This document shows positions 21,210 to 31,077 of a DNA stretch of 64,000 nt, piece after piece; the first letter of the stretch is position 1; the number at the start of each line of letters is the position of its first letter. The notes under the pieces were generated by a model. That model made no database searches. It worked only from the letters and a program-made list of their open reading frames with translations, and was not told where the DNA came from. Made by a program: the position numbers and the translations under genes. The stretch is from assembly GCA_002774425.1 (NCBI GenBank), contig PEYJ01000011.1:35915-99914 (forward strand), read 5' to 3'. The stretch comes from Parcubacteria group bacterium CG08_land_8_20_14_0_20_48_21 (lineage in GTDB: Bacteria > Patescibacteriota > Patescibacteriia > UBA1544).

Positions 21210-22214
21210 ATGCCGCTTCAAGCAAAGATCAAACGCGTTGATACTACACTCCCCCTTCCCCGCTACGCAACGGCCGGTGCGGTGGGTTTTGACATGGTTA
21301 GCCGCGAAACAGTTATCATCTCTCCTAAAACGCTCGTGCGCATTCCCAGCAATCTGATTATTGAAATTCCTGCAGGCTATGCGTTGCTCGTGGTTCCCCG
21401 AAGCTCCACGCCGAAGAAGAAGGGGCTGCTCATTCCGCACGGTATGGGTGTTATTGACCGCGACTACTGCGGACCTGCAGATGAGATACTCATCCAACTC
21501 TATAATTTTACGGCCGAAGAAGTGACGGTTGAGCGGGGTGAGCGCATTGCACAGGGACTGTTCACCCGTATTGACCGGGTGGAGTGGAAAGAAGTGGAAA
21601 CCATGGCACACAACGATACACGCGGCGGATTTGGGAGTACGGAACCGCAATCAAAAATGAACATGAACAAACAGGATATTCTTGATATTATTGCGCGCGA
21701 TTCCTGGATGATGGAGGTGTTACGCGCAGCACGTTTACTCCATCTTCCTGATTGGATGATCGGCGGCGGGTTCGTGCGAAATAAGATTTGGGACGTATTA
21801 CATGGCTTTCAGAATGACATGGTTCCAACAGCCGATATTGATCTTATCTACTTTGATCCACGAATTACTGATGCATGGCAAGAAAAAACCTACGATACGC
21901 AACTGAAGAAAATTCTCGACCTTAACTGGTCATCCAAAAACCAAGCGCGCATGCATCTTAAGCACAACCGCTCGCCCTACAAAAACATTGAAGAAGCGCT
22001 TTCCGACTGGGTAGAAACCGCGACTGCCGTTGCTGTTCGATTGCAAGATGATAGTACACTGAGATTATTTGCCCCGCACGGAATAGATGACCTTATGCAT
22101 CTCATTGTTCGTCCAACACCGTTACATGCTTCTAGCTTGCAGCACTTTCATGAACGGGTACACGGCAAAAAATGGCGAGAACGCTGGCCGAAATTAAAAG
22201 TTGTAGAAATATAA
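21210..22214 (+). CDS. dut: dUTP diphosphatase fused to a C-terminal minimal nucleotidyltransferase-fold domain
   Basis: N-terminal dUTPase motifs 1-5 (AGAVGFDM, PRSS, GVIDRDYCG, RIAQ, RGGFGSTE). C-terminal ~185 aa carry GGGF-x20-DIDLIYFD, the hG[GS]...DhD nucleotidyltransferase signature. Start set at MPLQAKIKR. Confidence 0.75.
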   Translation: MPLQAKIKRVDTTLPLPRYATAGAVGFDMVSRETVIISPKTLVRIPSNLIIEIPAGYALLVVPRSSTPKKKGLLIPHGMGVIDRDYCGPADEILIQLYNFTAEEVTVERGERIAQGLFTRIDRVEWKEVETMAHNDTRGGFGSTEPQSKMNMNKQDILDIIARDSWMMEVLRAARLLHLPDWMIGGGFVRNKIWDVLHGFQNDMVPTADIDLIYFDPRITDAWQEKTYDTQLKKILDLNWSSKNQARMHLKHNRSPYKNIEEALSDWVETATAVAVRLQDDSTLRLFAPHGIDDLMHLIVRPTPLHASSLQHFHERVHGKKWRERWPKLKVVEI

Positions 22215-22232
22215 TCACCGTTCTATAGTTCT

Positions 22233-22919
22233 ATGCAAACTTCCCGGGGGGGACTCATCGTTATTGACGGCACCGATGGTTCCGGCAAAGCGACCCAGGT
22301 GAAAATATTGACCGATCGGCTGCAGCAAGAAGGCGTGGCAATCGCCTCTTTTGACTTTCCGCAATACGGAAAAAAATCCTCAGGGCTTGTTGAAAATTAT
22401 TTGAATGGCGCCTATGGCACGGCGGACGCGGTAGGCGCGTACCGTGCGTCGCTTTTTTACGCATGCGATCGGTATGACGCAAGCTTTGCGATACGCAAGG
22501 CATTGAACGAAGGTAAGGTAATCGTGACCAACCGCTACGTATCGGCAAATCTGGGGCATCAAATGGCAAAGATCGCTAACACACAAGAACGCAAAAAATT
22601 CAGAGACTGGCTCTACGACGTGGAATATGGCATATTTGATATCCCAAAGCCTGATCTGCAAATCATGTTACACGTGACGCCGGAAATATCACAAAAACTC
22701 GTGGATGACAAAGGGCATCGGGATTACGTTGGTGGCGTCAAACGAGATATTCATGAGGCTGACATCCATCATCTGCGCAAGGCGGAACAAGCATATAAAG
22801 AAATTGCACAGCTTCCCGGTTTCACTCTTATTGAGTGTGTTGAAAATGGTGAAATATTCTCCCGTGAGATTATTGCAGAGCGCATTTGGACTGTTGTTGC
22901 ACCAACACTGGGCTTGTAG
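22233..22919 (+). CDS. tmk: thymidylate kinase
   Basis: 228 aa; P-loop IVIDGTDGSGKAT and DRY motif. Confidence 0.9.
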   Translation: MQTSRGGLIVIDGTDGSGKATQVKILTDRLQQEGVAIASFDFPQYGKKSSGLVENYLNGAYGTADAVGAYRASLFYACDRYDASFAIRKALNEGKVIVTNRYVSANLGHQMAKIANTQERKKFRDWLYDVEYGIFDIPKPDLQIMLHVTPEISQKLVDDKGHRDYVGGVKRDIHEADIHHLRKAEQAYKEIAQLPGFTLIECVENGEIFSREIIAERIWTVVAPTLGL

Positions 22920-22958
22920 TTGCTTTGCACGGTTTTTCATGATACCATAAGATACGCT

Positions 22959-24464
22959 ATGCAAAATAAGAAATATGAAACCGTTATCGGACTAGAAATC
23001 CATGTACGGCTTGACACGAAGTCAAAGATGTTTTGCGCATGCAGCAATTCCGGAGAAGATCTGCCGCCGAACACGACGGTATGTCCCATTTGCATGGGGC
23101 ATCCCGGCACACTTCCCGCTATGAACGAGCAGGCAATTGCATGGGGTATGAAAGCGGCGCTTGCCATCAATTGCACCGTGGCGCATGAGTCAAAGTTTGA
23201 TCGCAAACACTACTTCTACCCTGACTTGCCTAAGGGCTACCAAATTTCCCAATACGACCAGCCCATTGGGCAGAACGGCTGGATAGAGTTTATGGTTGAG
23301 AGCGAACTCAAAAAGGTTCGGCTCAACCGCCTACACCTGGAAGAAGATGCTGCAAAGCTCATGCACGAAAAAAATCATTCACTGGTTGATTTTAACCGTG
23401 CCGGAGTGCCACTCGCGGAAATTGTAACCGAAGTCGATCTCCGCTCCCCCAAAGAAGCCAAGGCATTTTTACAGGAACTGCGCCGCATCATGCGCTATCT
23501 CGGCGTCTCGGAAGCTGACATGGAAAAGGGACATTTGCGCTGCGACGCGAATATTTCCCTGCGTCCGGTTGGGGATGCCAAGCTCTACGCCAAAACGGAA
23601 ATAAAAAACCTCAACTCATTTCGTTCAGTGGAAAAAGCGCTTGCCTATGAAGAAGAGCGGCAGCGAATATTATGGGAAGAAGGCACTCCGGTGTCTTACC
23701 TCTCTACGCGCGGGTGGAACGAACAGGAACAGAAAACGTATGAACAACGTATTAAAGAAGATGCAAACGACTATCGTTATTTTCCTGAACCTGATCTGCC
23801 CCCGCTTGAATTTAAGGACCGTGTCATTGAAGCAGTGCGCGATCAGCTTCCCGAACTTCCCGCGGCCAAGCGTAAACGCTTCCAAGAGCAGTATGGACTC
23901 TCCCCTGCTGACGTTGCGGTACTGACCGATGATAAGGAAGTTGCCCATTATACCGAACAGGTGATATCGGAACTCAAAAGCTGGCTTATGGATTTGGAGG
24001 AAATGGAGGGAACTGAAGAAGATATCTGGCGAACGCACAAAAAGAAGCTGGCAAAACTGGTTGCGAACTGGATTGGCACTGAACTTTTTAAGCATCTCAA
24101 TGAACACAAGCTTTCAATTAAAGATTGTAAGATAACCCCGGAAAATTTTTCGGAGTTCTTGACGCTCATTTGGAAGAAAAAAGTTAATTCCTCTGCCGCC
24201 CAAACCATTCTTGAAACCATGCTGGGTACAGGAGCTGATCCCTCGCATATTTTGGAAGAAAAGGACTTGGGACAAATGGATGATGCGAGAGCGCTTGATG
24301 TAATTATTGCAAAAATCATTACGACAAACGAGAAAGTCGTTGCTGAATATAGAGGGGGTAAGGAAAATGCCATACAGTTTCTTGTGGGTATGGTCATGAA
24401 AGAAAGTAAAGGCAAAGCAAATCCGGAAACTGCACTGGAGATATTGAGAAAGAAATTATCTTGA
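22959..24464 (+). CDS. gatB: Asp-tRNA(Asn)/Glu-tRNA(Gln) amidotransferase subunit B
   Basis: Start at MQNKKYETVIGLEIHVRL. Typical GatB with a C-terminal YqeY-like tail. gatA and gatC are not adjacent. Confidence 0.9.
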   Translation: MQNKKYETVIGLEIHVRLDTKSKMFCACSNSGEDLPPNTTVCPICMGHPGTLPAMNEQAIAWGMKAALAINCTVAHESKFDRKHYFYPDLPKGYQISQYDQPIGQNGWIEFMVESELKKVRLNRLHLEEDAAKLMHEKNHSLVDFNRAGVPLAEIVTEVDLRSPKEAKAFLQELRRIMRYLGVSEADMEKGHLRCDANISLRPVGDAKLYAKTEIKNLNSFRSVEKALAYEEERQRILWEEGTPVSYLSTRGWNEQEQKTYEQRIKEDANDYRYFPEPDLPPLEFKDRVIEAVRDQLPELPAAKRKRFQEQYGLSPADVAVLTDDKEVAHYTEQVISELKSWLMDLEEMEGTEEDIWRTHKKKLAKLVANWIGTELFKHLNEHKLSIKDCKITPENFSEFLTLIWKKKVNSSAAQTILETMLGTGADPSHILEEKDLGQMDDARALDVIIAKIITTNEKVVAEYRGGKENAIQFLVGMVMKESKGKANPETALEILRKKLS

Positions 24465-24649
24465 TTTATTTCTTAAGTACCCTATATATGGAAAGAGAAA
24501 AACTATTTGGTATACGTGATGCCGAACCAGGAGAAGGAGGAGTAACGCATGTAGCTGAAGGAGCTATTGATCCCGAAAAGGAACGAGCGGAATTAGAAAA
24601 AATGGGAGTTGAATTTCCTGAAGACGGAGAACAAAAGGAAACTGCTTAA
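24461..24649 (+). CDS. small acidic hypothetical protein (doubtful)
   Basis: 62 aa, Glu-rich. The start overlaps the gatB stop as ATGA. No SD and no homology recognised. Confidence 0.2.
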   Translation: MIYFLSTLYMEREKLFGIRDAEPGEGGVTHVAEGAIDPEKERAELEKMGVEFPEDGEQKETA

Positions 24650-24705
24650 GCATACTTTTTTTGGATTAACTTGACAGTTTTTTTTGGGCATGCTACCATA
24701 TTTTT

Positions 24706-24836
24706 CAGTATGCGTATACAGTTGCACAAGCCGTATCAGCGACTATCCGGAACCGCACAATACTGCGGGAAGCATACGCCGTTTCCCAAAATCAATTCAG
24801 TAAAAAATACCTCTCGCTAAGCGAGGTATTTTTTTG
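24706..24836 (+). ncRNA. candidate small RNA (~130 nt) with its own promoter and terminator
   Basis: Promoter TTGACA (24671-24676), a 17 nt spacer, then TACCAT (24694-24699). Strong intrinsic terminator at 24807-24836. Contains UCCGGAA...GGGAAGCA, reminiscent of the SRP RNA apical motif interrupted by a CCGCA-caauac-UGCGG hairpin. No coding potential. Confidence 0.35.
24807..24836 (+). terminator. intrinsic terminator (bidirectional architecture)
   Basis: ATACCTC(T)CGC-TAA-GCGAGGTAT followed by TTTTTTT. Preceded by an A-run. Confidence 0.7.
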
Positions 24837-24886
24837 TGGATTGGTTTGTAGATAGATCTTTACACTTCAAACTAGGAGGAAATACC

Positions 24887-25240
24887 ATGATTCCCTGTCC
24901 CTTTGCCGTAACCGGCACCTGTCCGTCAATCGGAGAGGCTTGTTTTTCCCTCTCCAGCAGCTTACGAAGTGAGTGCGAAATGTACGCGTCCCGCAACCCA
25001 AGTTTTCAAGTACTTGATGTCATTGGCAACACCGACGCACAGCACAAGATTAGGACGCCACACTGGCAGACCGTTATTAATAATGTTGGCAAGGGGCCGT
25101 TTGAAGAGCTGATTATCATGGAGTATCGTGATAGGTGCGCTTCGTCGGTGCTATTTAATGTTACGGTGCTACAACACAGTATCGAAAAACACAAGAATCT
25201 CTCATGTCCTGACACGCTGCTGGCACATGTCGCCGCATAA
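24887..25240 (+). CDS. hypothetical Cys-rich protein
   Basis: 117 aa. AGGAGG SD 6 nt before the ATG. CPFAVTGTCPSIGEAC cysteine cluster. A terminator follows. Confidence 0.45.
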   Translation: MIPCPFAVTGTCPSIGEACFSLSSSLRSECEMYASRNPSFQVLDVIGNTDAQHKIRTPHWQTVINNVGKGPFEELIIMEYRDRCASSVLFNVTVLQHSIEKHKNLSCPDTLLAHVAA

Positions 25241-25268
25241 CCCCTCAACCCAGATCCTTTTTTCTCTC

Positions 25269-25295
25269 AAGGCCGTCTTTTGGTGGCCTTTTTTC
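25269..25295 (+). terminator. intrinsic terminator
   Basis: AAGGCC-gtcttttggt-GGCCTT followed by TTTTC. Confidence 0.45.
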
Positions 25296-25508
25296 TTTTT
25301 ACTGAACGTGCCCTCATATCTTAAGAAATACTCATGAAAAAACCTATCATCTCGTGACGGCCGTCATTTCATGATTGTTCTATAACTCCTAGCGAGCCAG
25401 TAGGCGAAAATAAAGTCCTATCAAAACAAGTGCCAGAATGTTAACTTAAGCCGTTTGCATCTGTGGCGAGTAATGGAATTTCAAGCACCATGGTAGCACT
25501 TATACTTT

Positions 25509-26501
25509 CTACATCTGCAAAAATTTTCGGGTAATCTTTTCAGCTTCTTGCGCATCCGTAACCCAGTGTATGCGTTTGTCACGCTTGAACCACGTCATCT
25601 GGCGCTTGGCATACTGCAACGTAGCAACCACTATTCCTTCAATAACTTCTTCTGGTAGCGGTAACACAACACTTCCACCATTACTTAGCCAACTCCCTAT
25701 TTCTTTATAACCAATACCCGTCATTGAGGGTAGATCACGATCATAGTCTTTGGTTATGAGTTTTTGTACCTCTCCAGCAAATCCTTGCGCGATCATTTCC
25801 TGTACGCGCTTTCGTATTTTCTTTTCTCTTTCTTCCGTACTCGTTATAATACCAAGTTGCAAAACATCGTACCGAGATTTTTTTTGTTTTTTTTGTTGCG
25901 TAAAAGGCTTGCCGGTCAAGATACAGACCTCAAGCGCGCGAATTACCCTTCGTGGATTTTTTCCGTCAACTTGCCACGCCGCATCAGTGTCGCGTTTGCA
26001 TAAATCTCTATACAGCTCTTGCAGTCCTTCGGTGTGTAAGCGTACATCCAGTTCTGCTCTTATCTTGTACTGATCTGCGTCATTTCCCTTGGGAATCACA
26101 AAATTATCCACAACTGCTGCTACGTACAATCCGGTACCCCCAACCAAAAAAGGTACCCGACCCCTTTTTATAATACCAGGGATGATGTGCAGGGCGTCCC
26201 GTTGATACTGTGCAAGCGTGTATAATTCTTCTGGATCCGCTATATCCAGCAGCCAATGTACTACCTCTCCCGAACGCGAGGGTATCAGTCGTCCGATTGC
26301 TTGTGGTACAGCATCCTGATTCACGTCGGGCAACGCTTTATCAGTGCCAATATCCATCCCTCGATAAATTTGCCGAGAATCCGCGGAAATTATTTCACCA
26401 GAAAATACTTTTGCAAGATGTATACCAAGAGAGCTTTTGCCGGAAGCAGTCGGTCCCACAATGCACACGAGAGGGAGTTGTTTTTTTATACGCTCATCCA
26501 T
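25509..26501 (-). CDS. miaA: tRNA dimethylallyltransferase
   Basis: P-loop IVGPTASGKS and DSRQIYRGMDIGT. Sits downstream of miaB. Confidence 0.9.
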   Translation of the reverse strand: MDERIKKQLPLVCIVGPTASGKSSLGIHLAKVFSGEIISADSRQIYRGMDIGTDKALPDVNQDAVPQAIGRLIPSRSGEVVHWLLDIADPEELYTLAQYQRDALHIIPGIIKRGRVPFLVGGTGLYVAAVVDNFVIPKGNDADQYKIRAELDVRLHTEGLQELYRDLCKRDTDAAWQVDGKNPRRVIRALEVCILTGKPFTQQKKQKKSRYDVLQLGIITSTEEREKKIRKRVQEMIAQGFAGEVQKLITKDYDRDLPSMTGIGYKEIGSWLSNGGSVVLPLPEEVIEGIVVATLQYAKRQMTWFKRDKRIHWVTDAQEAEKITRKFLQM

Positions 26502-26569
26502 AGCATAATGCATCAAAATCCATATAGAACAGCCAATGCGCTACGCACGAGAGATCTCGGAATACTGTT

Positions 26570-27883
26570 TTACACCGCCAATACACCACTCATTCCCCAC
26601 GTGTCGGCATCCGTCACGCGCGCCCGCACAAATGATCCTATAAGATTATCACTCACACCTTCGCCTCCTATTTGCATCGTTTTAAACGTATCGGTCTTAC
26701 CCTGCAGCATACCCTTGTGTATTTTTTCCGGAAGAACCGTCACTTCCTTGCCGATCATTTTTTTATTATGCTGATTGGAAATATTTCCAATGAGTTCGTT
26801 TAATGTCCGATCACGCCGTTTTTTTTCTTCGTGCGGCACATCATCCTTGTAGTGTTCTGCGGCATAGGTTCCTTTACGCGGACTGTAGATTCCACTGTAA
26901 ATCATATCGTACTCTACTTCGCGACATACATCCAATGTTTTTTGGAAGTCTGCTTCCGTTTCGCCGCAGAAGCCAACCACAATATCGGTTGAAATCATAG
27001 CGTTGGAGATGGTTGCGCGAACTTTACGCATGCGCTCCAGGTAGTGTGCTATCGTATAGTGGCGATTCATGCGTTTCAATACCGCATCGGAACCTGATTG
27101 TACCGGCAAGTGCACATAGGGAGGAATCTTCGGGTGGCGTCCCATAAGCTCAATGAGCGCATCAGACATATCATGCGGGTGAGATGAGGTATAGCGCACC
27201 CAAAATTCACCCGGGATGTCCGCAATACGCTCCAACAATTCAGGAAAGGACAACTCCTCATTATTATCATTTCCATAGGAATTGACATTTTGTCCGAGAA
27301 GTGTTAATTCCTTATAACCATTTTGTACGAGCAGTTCGCATTCGGCAATAATATTATTGGAGTTGCGTGATTTTTCCCTCCCTCTCGCCTTTGGCACGAT
27401 ACAGTAGGTACAGAATTTATTGCAGCCGATAGAGATGGGTACGTACGCCCGAAAGCGCGAGTTGTAGGTCGGTGGCACGTTAAAATACTCATCGTTCTGT
27501 TCTTTTAAGGTCAGGGGTGTCGCGATGGTGTTGGACTTCGCAAGTCCAACAATTTCCGGAATTTTTGAAATATTTTGAATATTCACGACAAAATCAGCGT
27601 CTGGAACTTTTTTTCTGAATGCTTCTCCTTGGCTTCCCGGAATGCATCCGGTGATGAGTACTTTGAGATGCGGATTCTGTTTTTTAAACTCCCGATACAT
27701 GCGCATTTTTCCATACATCCTATTTTCAGCAGATTCCCGCACGGAACACGTATTGAGCACAATAAAATCAGCCTCGTTCTCCGAGGCTGATTTGGTGTAC
27801 CCCATGTTTTCCAGTATCGTTGCGATGCGCTCCGAGTCCGAGGTGTTCATTTGGCACCCCATGCTCAAAATAAAATATGTCAT
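26570..27883 (-). CDS. miaB: tRNA-i6A37 methylthiotransferase (radical SAM)
   Basis: N-terminal MTTase domain MGCQMN, radical-SAM CxxxCxxC (CNKFCTYC) and a TRAM domain. Confidence 0.9.
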   Translation of the reverse strand: MTYFILSMGCQMNTSDSERIATILENMGYTKSASENEADFIVLNTCSVRESAENRMYGKMRMYREFKKQNPHLKVLITGCIPGSQGEAFRKKVPDADFVVNIQNISKIPEIVGLAKSNTIATPLTLKEQNDEYFNVPPTYNSRFRAYVPISIGCNKFCTYCIVPKARGREKSRNSNNIIAECELLVQNGYKELTLLGQNVNSYGNDNNEELSFPELLERIADIPGEFWVRYTSSHPHDMSDALIELMGRHPKIPPYVHLPVQSGSDAVLKRMNRHYTIAHYLERMRKVRATISNAMISTDIVVGFCGETEADFQKTLDVCREVEYDMIYSGIYSPRKGTYAAEHYKDDVPHEEKKRRDRTLNELIGNISNQHNKKMIGKEVTVLPEKIHKGMLQGKTDTFKTMQIGGEGVSDNLIGSFVRARVTDADTWGMSGVLAV

Positions 27884-27884
27884 A

Positions 27885-29687
27885 CTACACCCGGTCATGT
27901 ACTTCTTGTTGCACCATGGTGATGAATGTATCTTTTGCTATTTCACTCATGGCTTTTTCTCCGCGCTTGCGTACGGCAAGTTTTGCGCTTTTCATTTCTT
28001 TATCACCTACCACAAGCATGTACGGTATTTTCATTTTTTCCGCACCGCGGATCTTGTAACCTACACTCTCATCGCCGTTATCAACCTTGACCCGCATACC
28101 CGCGTCACACAATTCTTTGCCAAGTCCGTCCGCAAAATCCCGATGCTTCTCTCCGACCGAAAGTACCACTATCTGTACGGGAGCAAGCCAGGTTGGAAAT
28201 ACCCCCGCGTAGTGCTCTATCAAAAAGCCAATGAAACGTTCGTGCGTTCCCAGCGGCGCGCGATGGATGCAGAGTGGTGTCCGCGCAGTGCCGTCACGGT
28301 CGGTGTAGGTAAGCCCGAACCGACCCGGTACCGCAAAGTCCACTTGATTCGTCGCAAGGGTGAACTCGCGGCCGATGACACTCCAAACCTGCACATCAAT
28401 TTTTGGACCGTAAAATGCCGCTTCATCCGCAATTTCCACATACGGTATTTCGGATTGCTGCAGTACGTTACGCACCATGTTTTCAGTTTTCTTCCATAAT
28501 TCCGGCGCATTAATATATTTTTTTCCGAGTTTTTCCGGCGCATGAGTGGAAAAACGCATTTGGTACTTCTTGATGCCGAAAATCTTAAAATAGGTCAGGT
28601 AGATGTCGTTCACGCGCCTGAATTCTTCCGCGAATTGATCTTCCGTGCAGTAGATGTGCGCGTCGTTCATCTGCATCATGCGTACGCGCATGATGCCAAA
28701 CAGCTCGCCTGACTTTTCATGGCGGTAGACCGTACCATACTCGGCAAGGCGCACCGGCAGATCGCGATAGCTCTTGTGACGCGCCGCATAAATCTTGTGA
28801 TGGTGCGGGCAGTTCATGGCCTTGAGGTAGTATTTTCCACCTTCATAGGTCATAGGTGGATACATAGTTTCTTCGTAGTATGGCAGATGACCGCTCGTAA
28901 TGTAGAGTGATTCTTTTGCAATATGCGGCGAACGTACCCTCATATACCCACCCTTTTCTTCCGTTTCCTTTGCCAGCTTTTCAAGCTCATCACACACAAT
29001 CGTTCCGTTGGGCAGCCACAGCGGTAACCCGGGACCAACCTGATCATCAAAGGTGAACAGGTCAAGCTCCGCACCCAGTTTTCGATGATCGCGCTTCTTT
29101 GCCTCTTCCAACATCGCCAAATGCGCGTCCAGTTCTTCCCGGGTTGCAAACGCGACGCCGTACACACGCTGCAGCTGCGGATTTTTCTCATTGCCGCGCC
29201 AGTATGCGCCGGCAAGATTCGTCAACTGAAAGATGCCTAATTCTTTCGTGCTTCCTACATGCGGACCCCTACACAAATCTACAAAATCCCCGGTCATATA
29301 CACGCTTACGGTAGTAATTTTTTTTGGATCCATATCGGCAAAATCATCCCCTTGCAGAAGCGTCGTACCACGTTGCTGCAGATCGCGTAAAAGCTCCACT
29401 TTAAAATCCTGCTTGCGCTGCTGAAAAAAGTCTATCGCTTCATCACTTGACATTTCCTTGCGCTCAAACGCAGTGCCAGTCTTGATGATGCGGCGCATCT
29501 CTTTTTCCAGCTTCGGTAAGTCTGATTCTGTGAGACTTCGGGGAAGTTGAAAATCGTAATAGAATCCGAAGTCCAAGACCGGTCCTACCCCAAGCTTCAC
29601 ATCGGGAAAGAGCTTGGTCACCGCTGCAGCCAGCACGTGAGCCGTTGAGTGGCGTATCGTTTCAATGGTTGGTTGTGTTGTGCTCAT
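27885..29687 (-). CDS. thrS: threonine--tRNA ligase (lacks N-terminal TGS domain)
   Basis: Starts at the second additional domain HSTAHVLAAAV. Class II core with the ThrRS zinc site CPHHHKIY and a C-terminal anticodon-binding domain. Confidence 0.9.
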   Translation of the reverse strand: MSTTQPTIETIRHSTAHVLAAAVTKLFPDVKLGVGPVLDFGFYYDFQLPRSLTESDLPKLEKEMRRIIKTGTAFERKEMSSDEAIDFFQQRKQDFKVELLRDLQQRGTTLLQGDDFADMDPKKITTVSVYMTGDFVDLCRGPHVGSTKELGIFQLTNLAGAYWRGNEKNPQLQRVYGVAFATREELDAHLAMLEEAKKRDHRKLGAELDLFTFDDQVGPGLPLWLPNGTIVCDELEKLAKETEEKGGYMRVRSPHIAKESLYITSGHLPYYEETMYPPMTYEGGKYYLKAMNCPHHHKIYAARHKSYRDLPVRLAEYGTVYRHEKSGELFGIMRVRMMQMNDAHIYCTEDQFAEEFRRVNDIYLTYFKIFGIKKYQMRFSTHAPEKLGKKYINAPELWKKTENMVRNVLQQSEIPYVEIADEAAFYGPKIDVQVWSVIGREFTLATNQVDFAVPGRFGLTYTDRDGTARTPLCIHRAPLGTHERFIGFLIEHYAGVFPTWLAPVQIVVLSVGEKHRDFADGLGKELCDAGMRVKVDNGDESVGYKIRGAEKMKIPYMLVVGDKEMKSAKLAVRKRGEKAMSEIAKDTFITMVQQEVHDRV

Positions 29688-29833
29688 AGATCTCCTGTAT
29701 CCTACCAAAAATCAGGGTCAATCGTCAAATGCTGAATAAGGTAAACGTGTTATGCTCAAATCATTATTTTATGCATACGAATACCCGCTCAAAAGCGGGT
29801 ATGTTTATATCTTGTACGTCGTGTAGGGGAATG

Positions 29834-31000
29834 CTACATCCCGCCATCGGTTACCAAGCGCAGATCTATCCTCTCAACAGCTTCCGGTAAAGTCGTCAGC
29901 CATTTTGGACGCAGGGTCACGGTTACCGAGGTGACTTGCGGAAACGTTTCGTAGTAGACCCGCACCTCATCGGGAGTAAGACCGGTCAAGACGTTCTTGT
30001 CAAACAGCGGTCCCTGTTGTTTGGTTGTTATTGATGTTTCCAGTTGCACGCTCAATCGCGCCATTCCCTTCTCCGCATCCACGGTTTCTACCGTTACGTC
30101 CGCGAGCACGGGCGTACCGTCCTGCCATACCTTGTCATCGGGAAGCGCTTCCGTCAACTTTGCCTTGCGCAGCTCTGTAAACGCGGCGTACGGATACACG
30201 ACACCCGTGAGCGTTATCGTTGTTGTGGCGGAAAGATTCTCTGCAACCTCACCCGCGGCATTGCTCCATTCCGTTGTTCCGAAATCAACGAGGTAGCGCA
30301 CGATATCCTGCGCAGTCAGTGCCTGTTCACGTTCAAAGATGGACTTTGCCTCTTTCTCTACCTGTGTTTGCAAATCATGTTCAAGTTTGACTGTATCTAT
30401 CTCCTTAACCGTAGATATCTCGGCGACACCGTGCGTGAGTGATTTGGCAAGCTCTCCATAAATAACGTCCTGCAGCGCATCGCGCAGTCCCGGAATGGTA
30501 AAATGTGTTTCTTTTTCCAGTGTTCCCGCCCAGGTTTCATCGGTAACATACACCGGGACTTCCGCACTACCCTGCGCAGGTACCCGCACATACTCCCTAG
30601 TCCGCAAAAGTAAGCCGTCGGATGCCAAAAAACGCGTCGTCGCAACAAGCGTCTGCGCGCTTACCGTGGTGTTCACCACGCGCATGATGCCGTCTGCCTG
30701 CGTATCGGCTATGGTTTTTCTGCCCGTGGTTGCGCTGCTTCGCGATGCGGTCAGCGATACCTTACCTACCATTCCCGCAAGCCGTTCGCCCGATATGACA
30801 CCCGTGATGGTACTTTTCGGAACGACATCCGCTATAAAATGCGTGCGAAAAGGCTCCGTGGCCACTGTTACCACCACTTCAGCACGAACAAAAATGAAAT
30901 AAAAAACCACCGCTACCGCAACAACCGTAAGGAAGAGAAAGGTAAATGCAATGGTGCGATAGAAATGCACGCGCGCATAATACGACGATGGAGCAGGCAT
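29834..31000 (-). CDS. hypothetical membrane-anchored protein
   Basis: 388 aa. N-terminal transmembrane helix (TIAFTFLFLTVVAVAVVFYFIFV), then a Thr/Val-rich extracytoplasmic domain. Confidence 0.5.
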   Translation of the reverse strand: MPAPSSYYARVHFYRTIAFTFLFLTVVAVAVVFYFIFVRAEVVVTVATEPFRTHFIADVVPKSTITGVISGERLAGMVGKVSLTASRSSATTGRKTIADTQADGIMRVVNTTVSAQTLVATTRFLASDGLLLRTREYVRVPAQGSAEVPVYVTDETWAGTLEKETHFTIPGLRDALQDVIYGELAKSLTHGVAEISTVKEIDTVKLEHDLQTQVEKEAKSIFEREQALTAQDIVRYLVDFGTTEWSNAAGEVAENLSATTTITLTGVVYPYAAFTELRKAKLTEALPDDKVWQDGTPVLADVTVETVDAEKGMARLSVQLETSITTKQQGPLFDKNVLTGLTPDEVRVYYETFPQVTSVTVTLRPKWLTTLPEAVERIDLRLVTDGGM

Positions 31001-31077
31001 AGGGATGGCTTTGTAGGAAAACTATGACTCTATTGCACGACTGTGGTAACTACTGTCTTGGTGATAGTGTGATGGTT

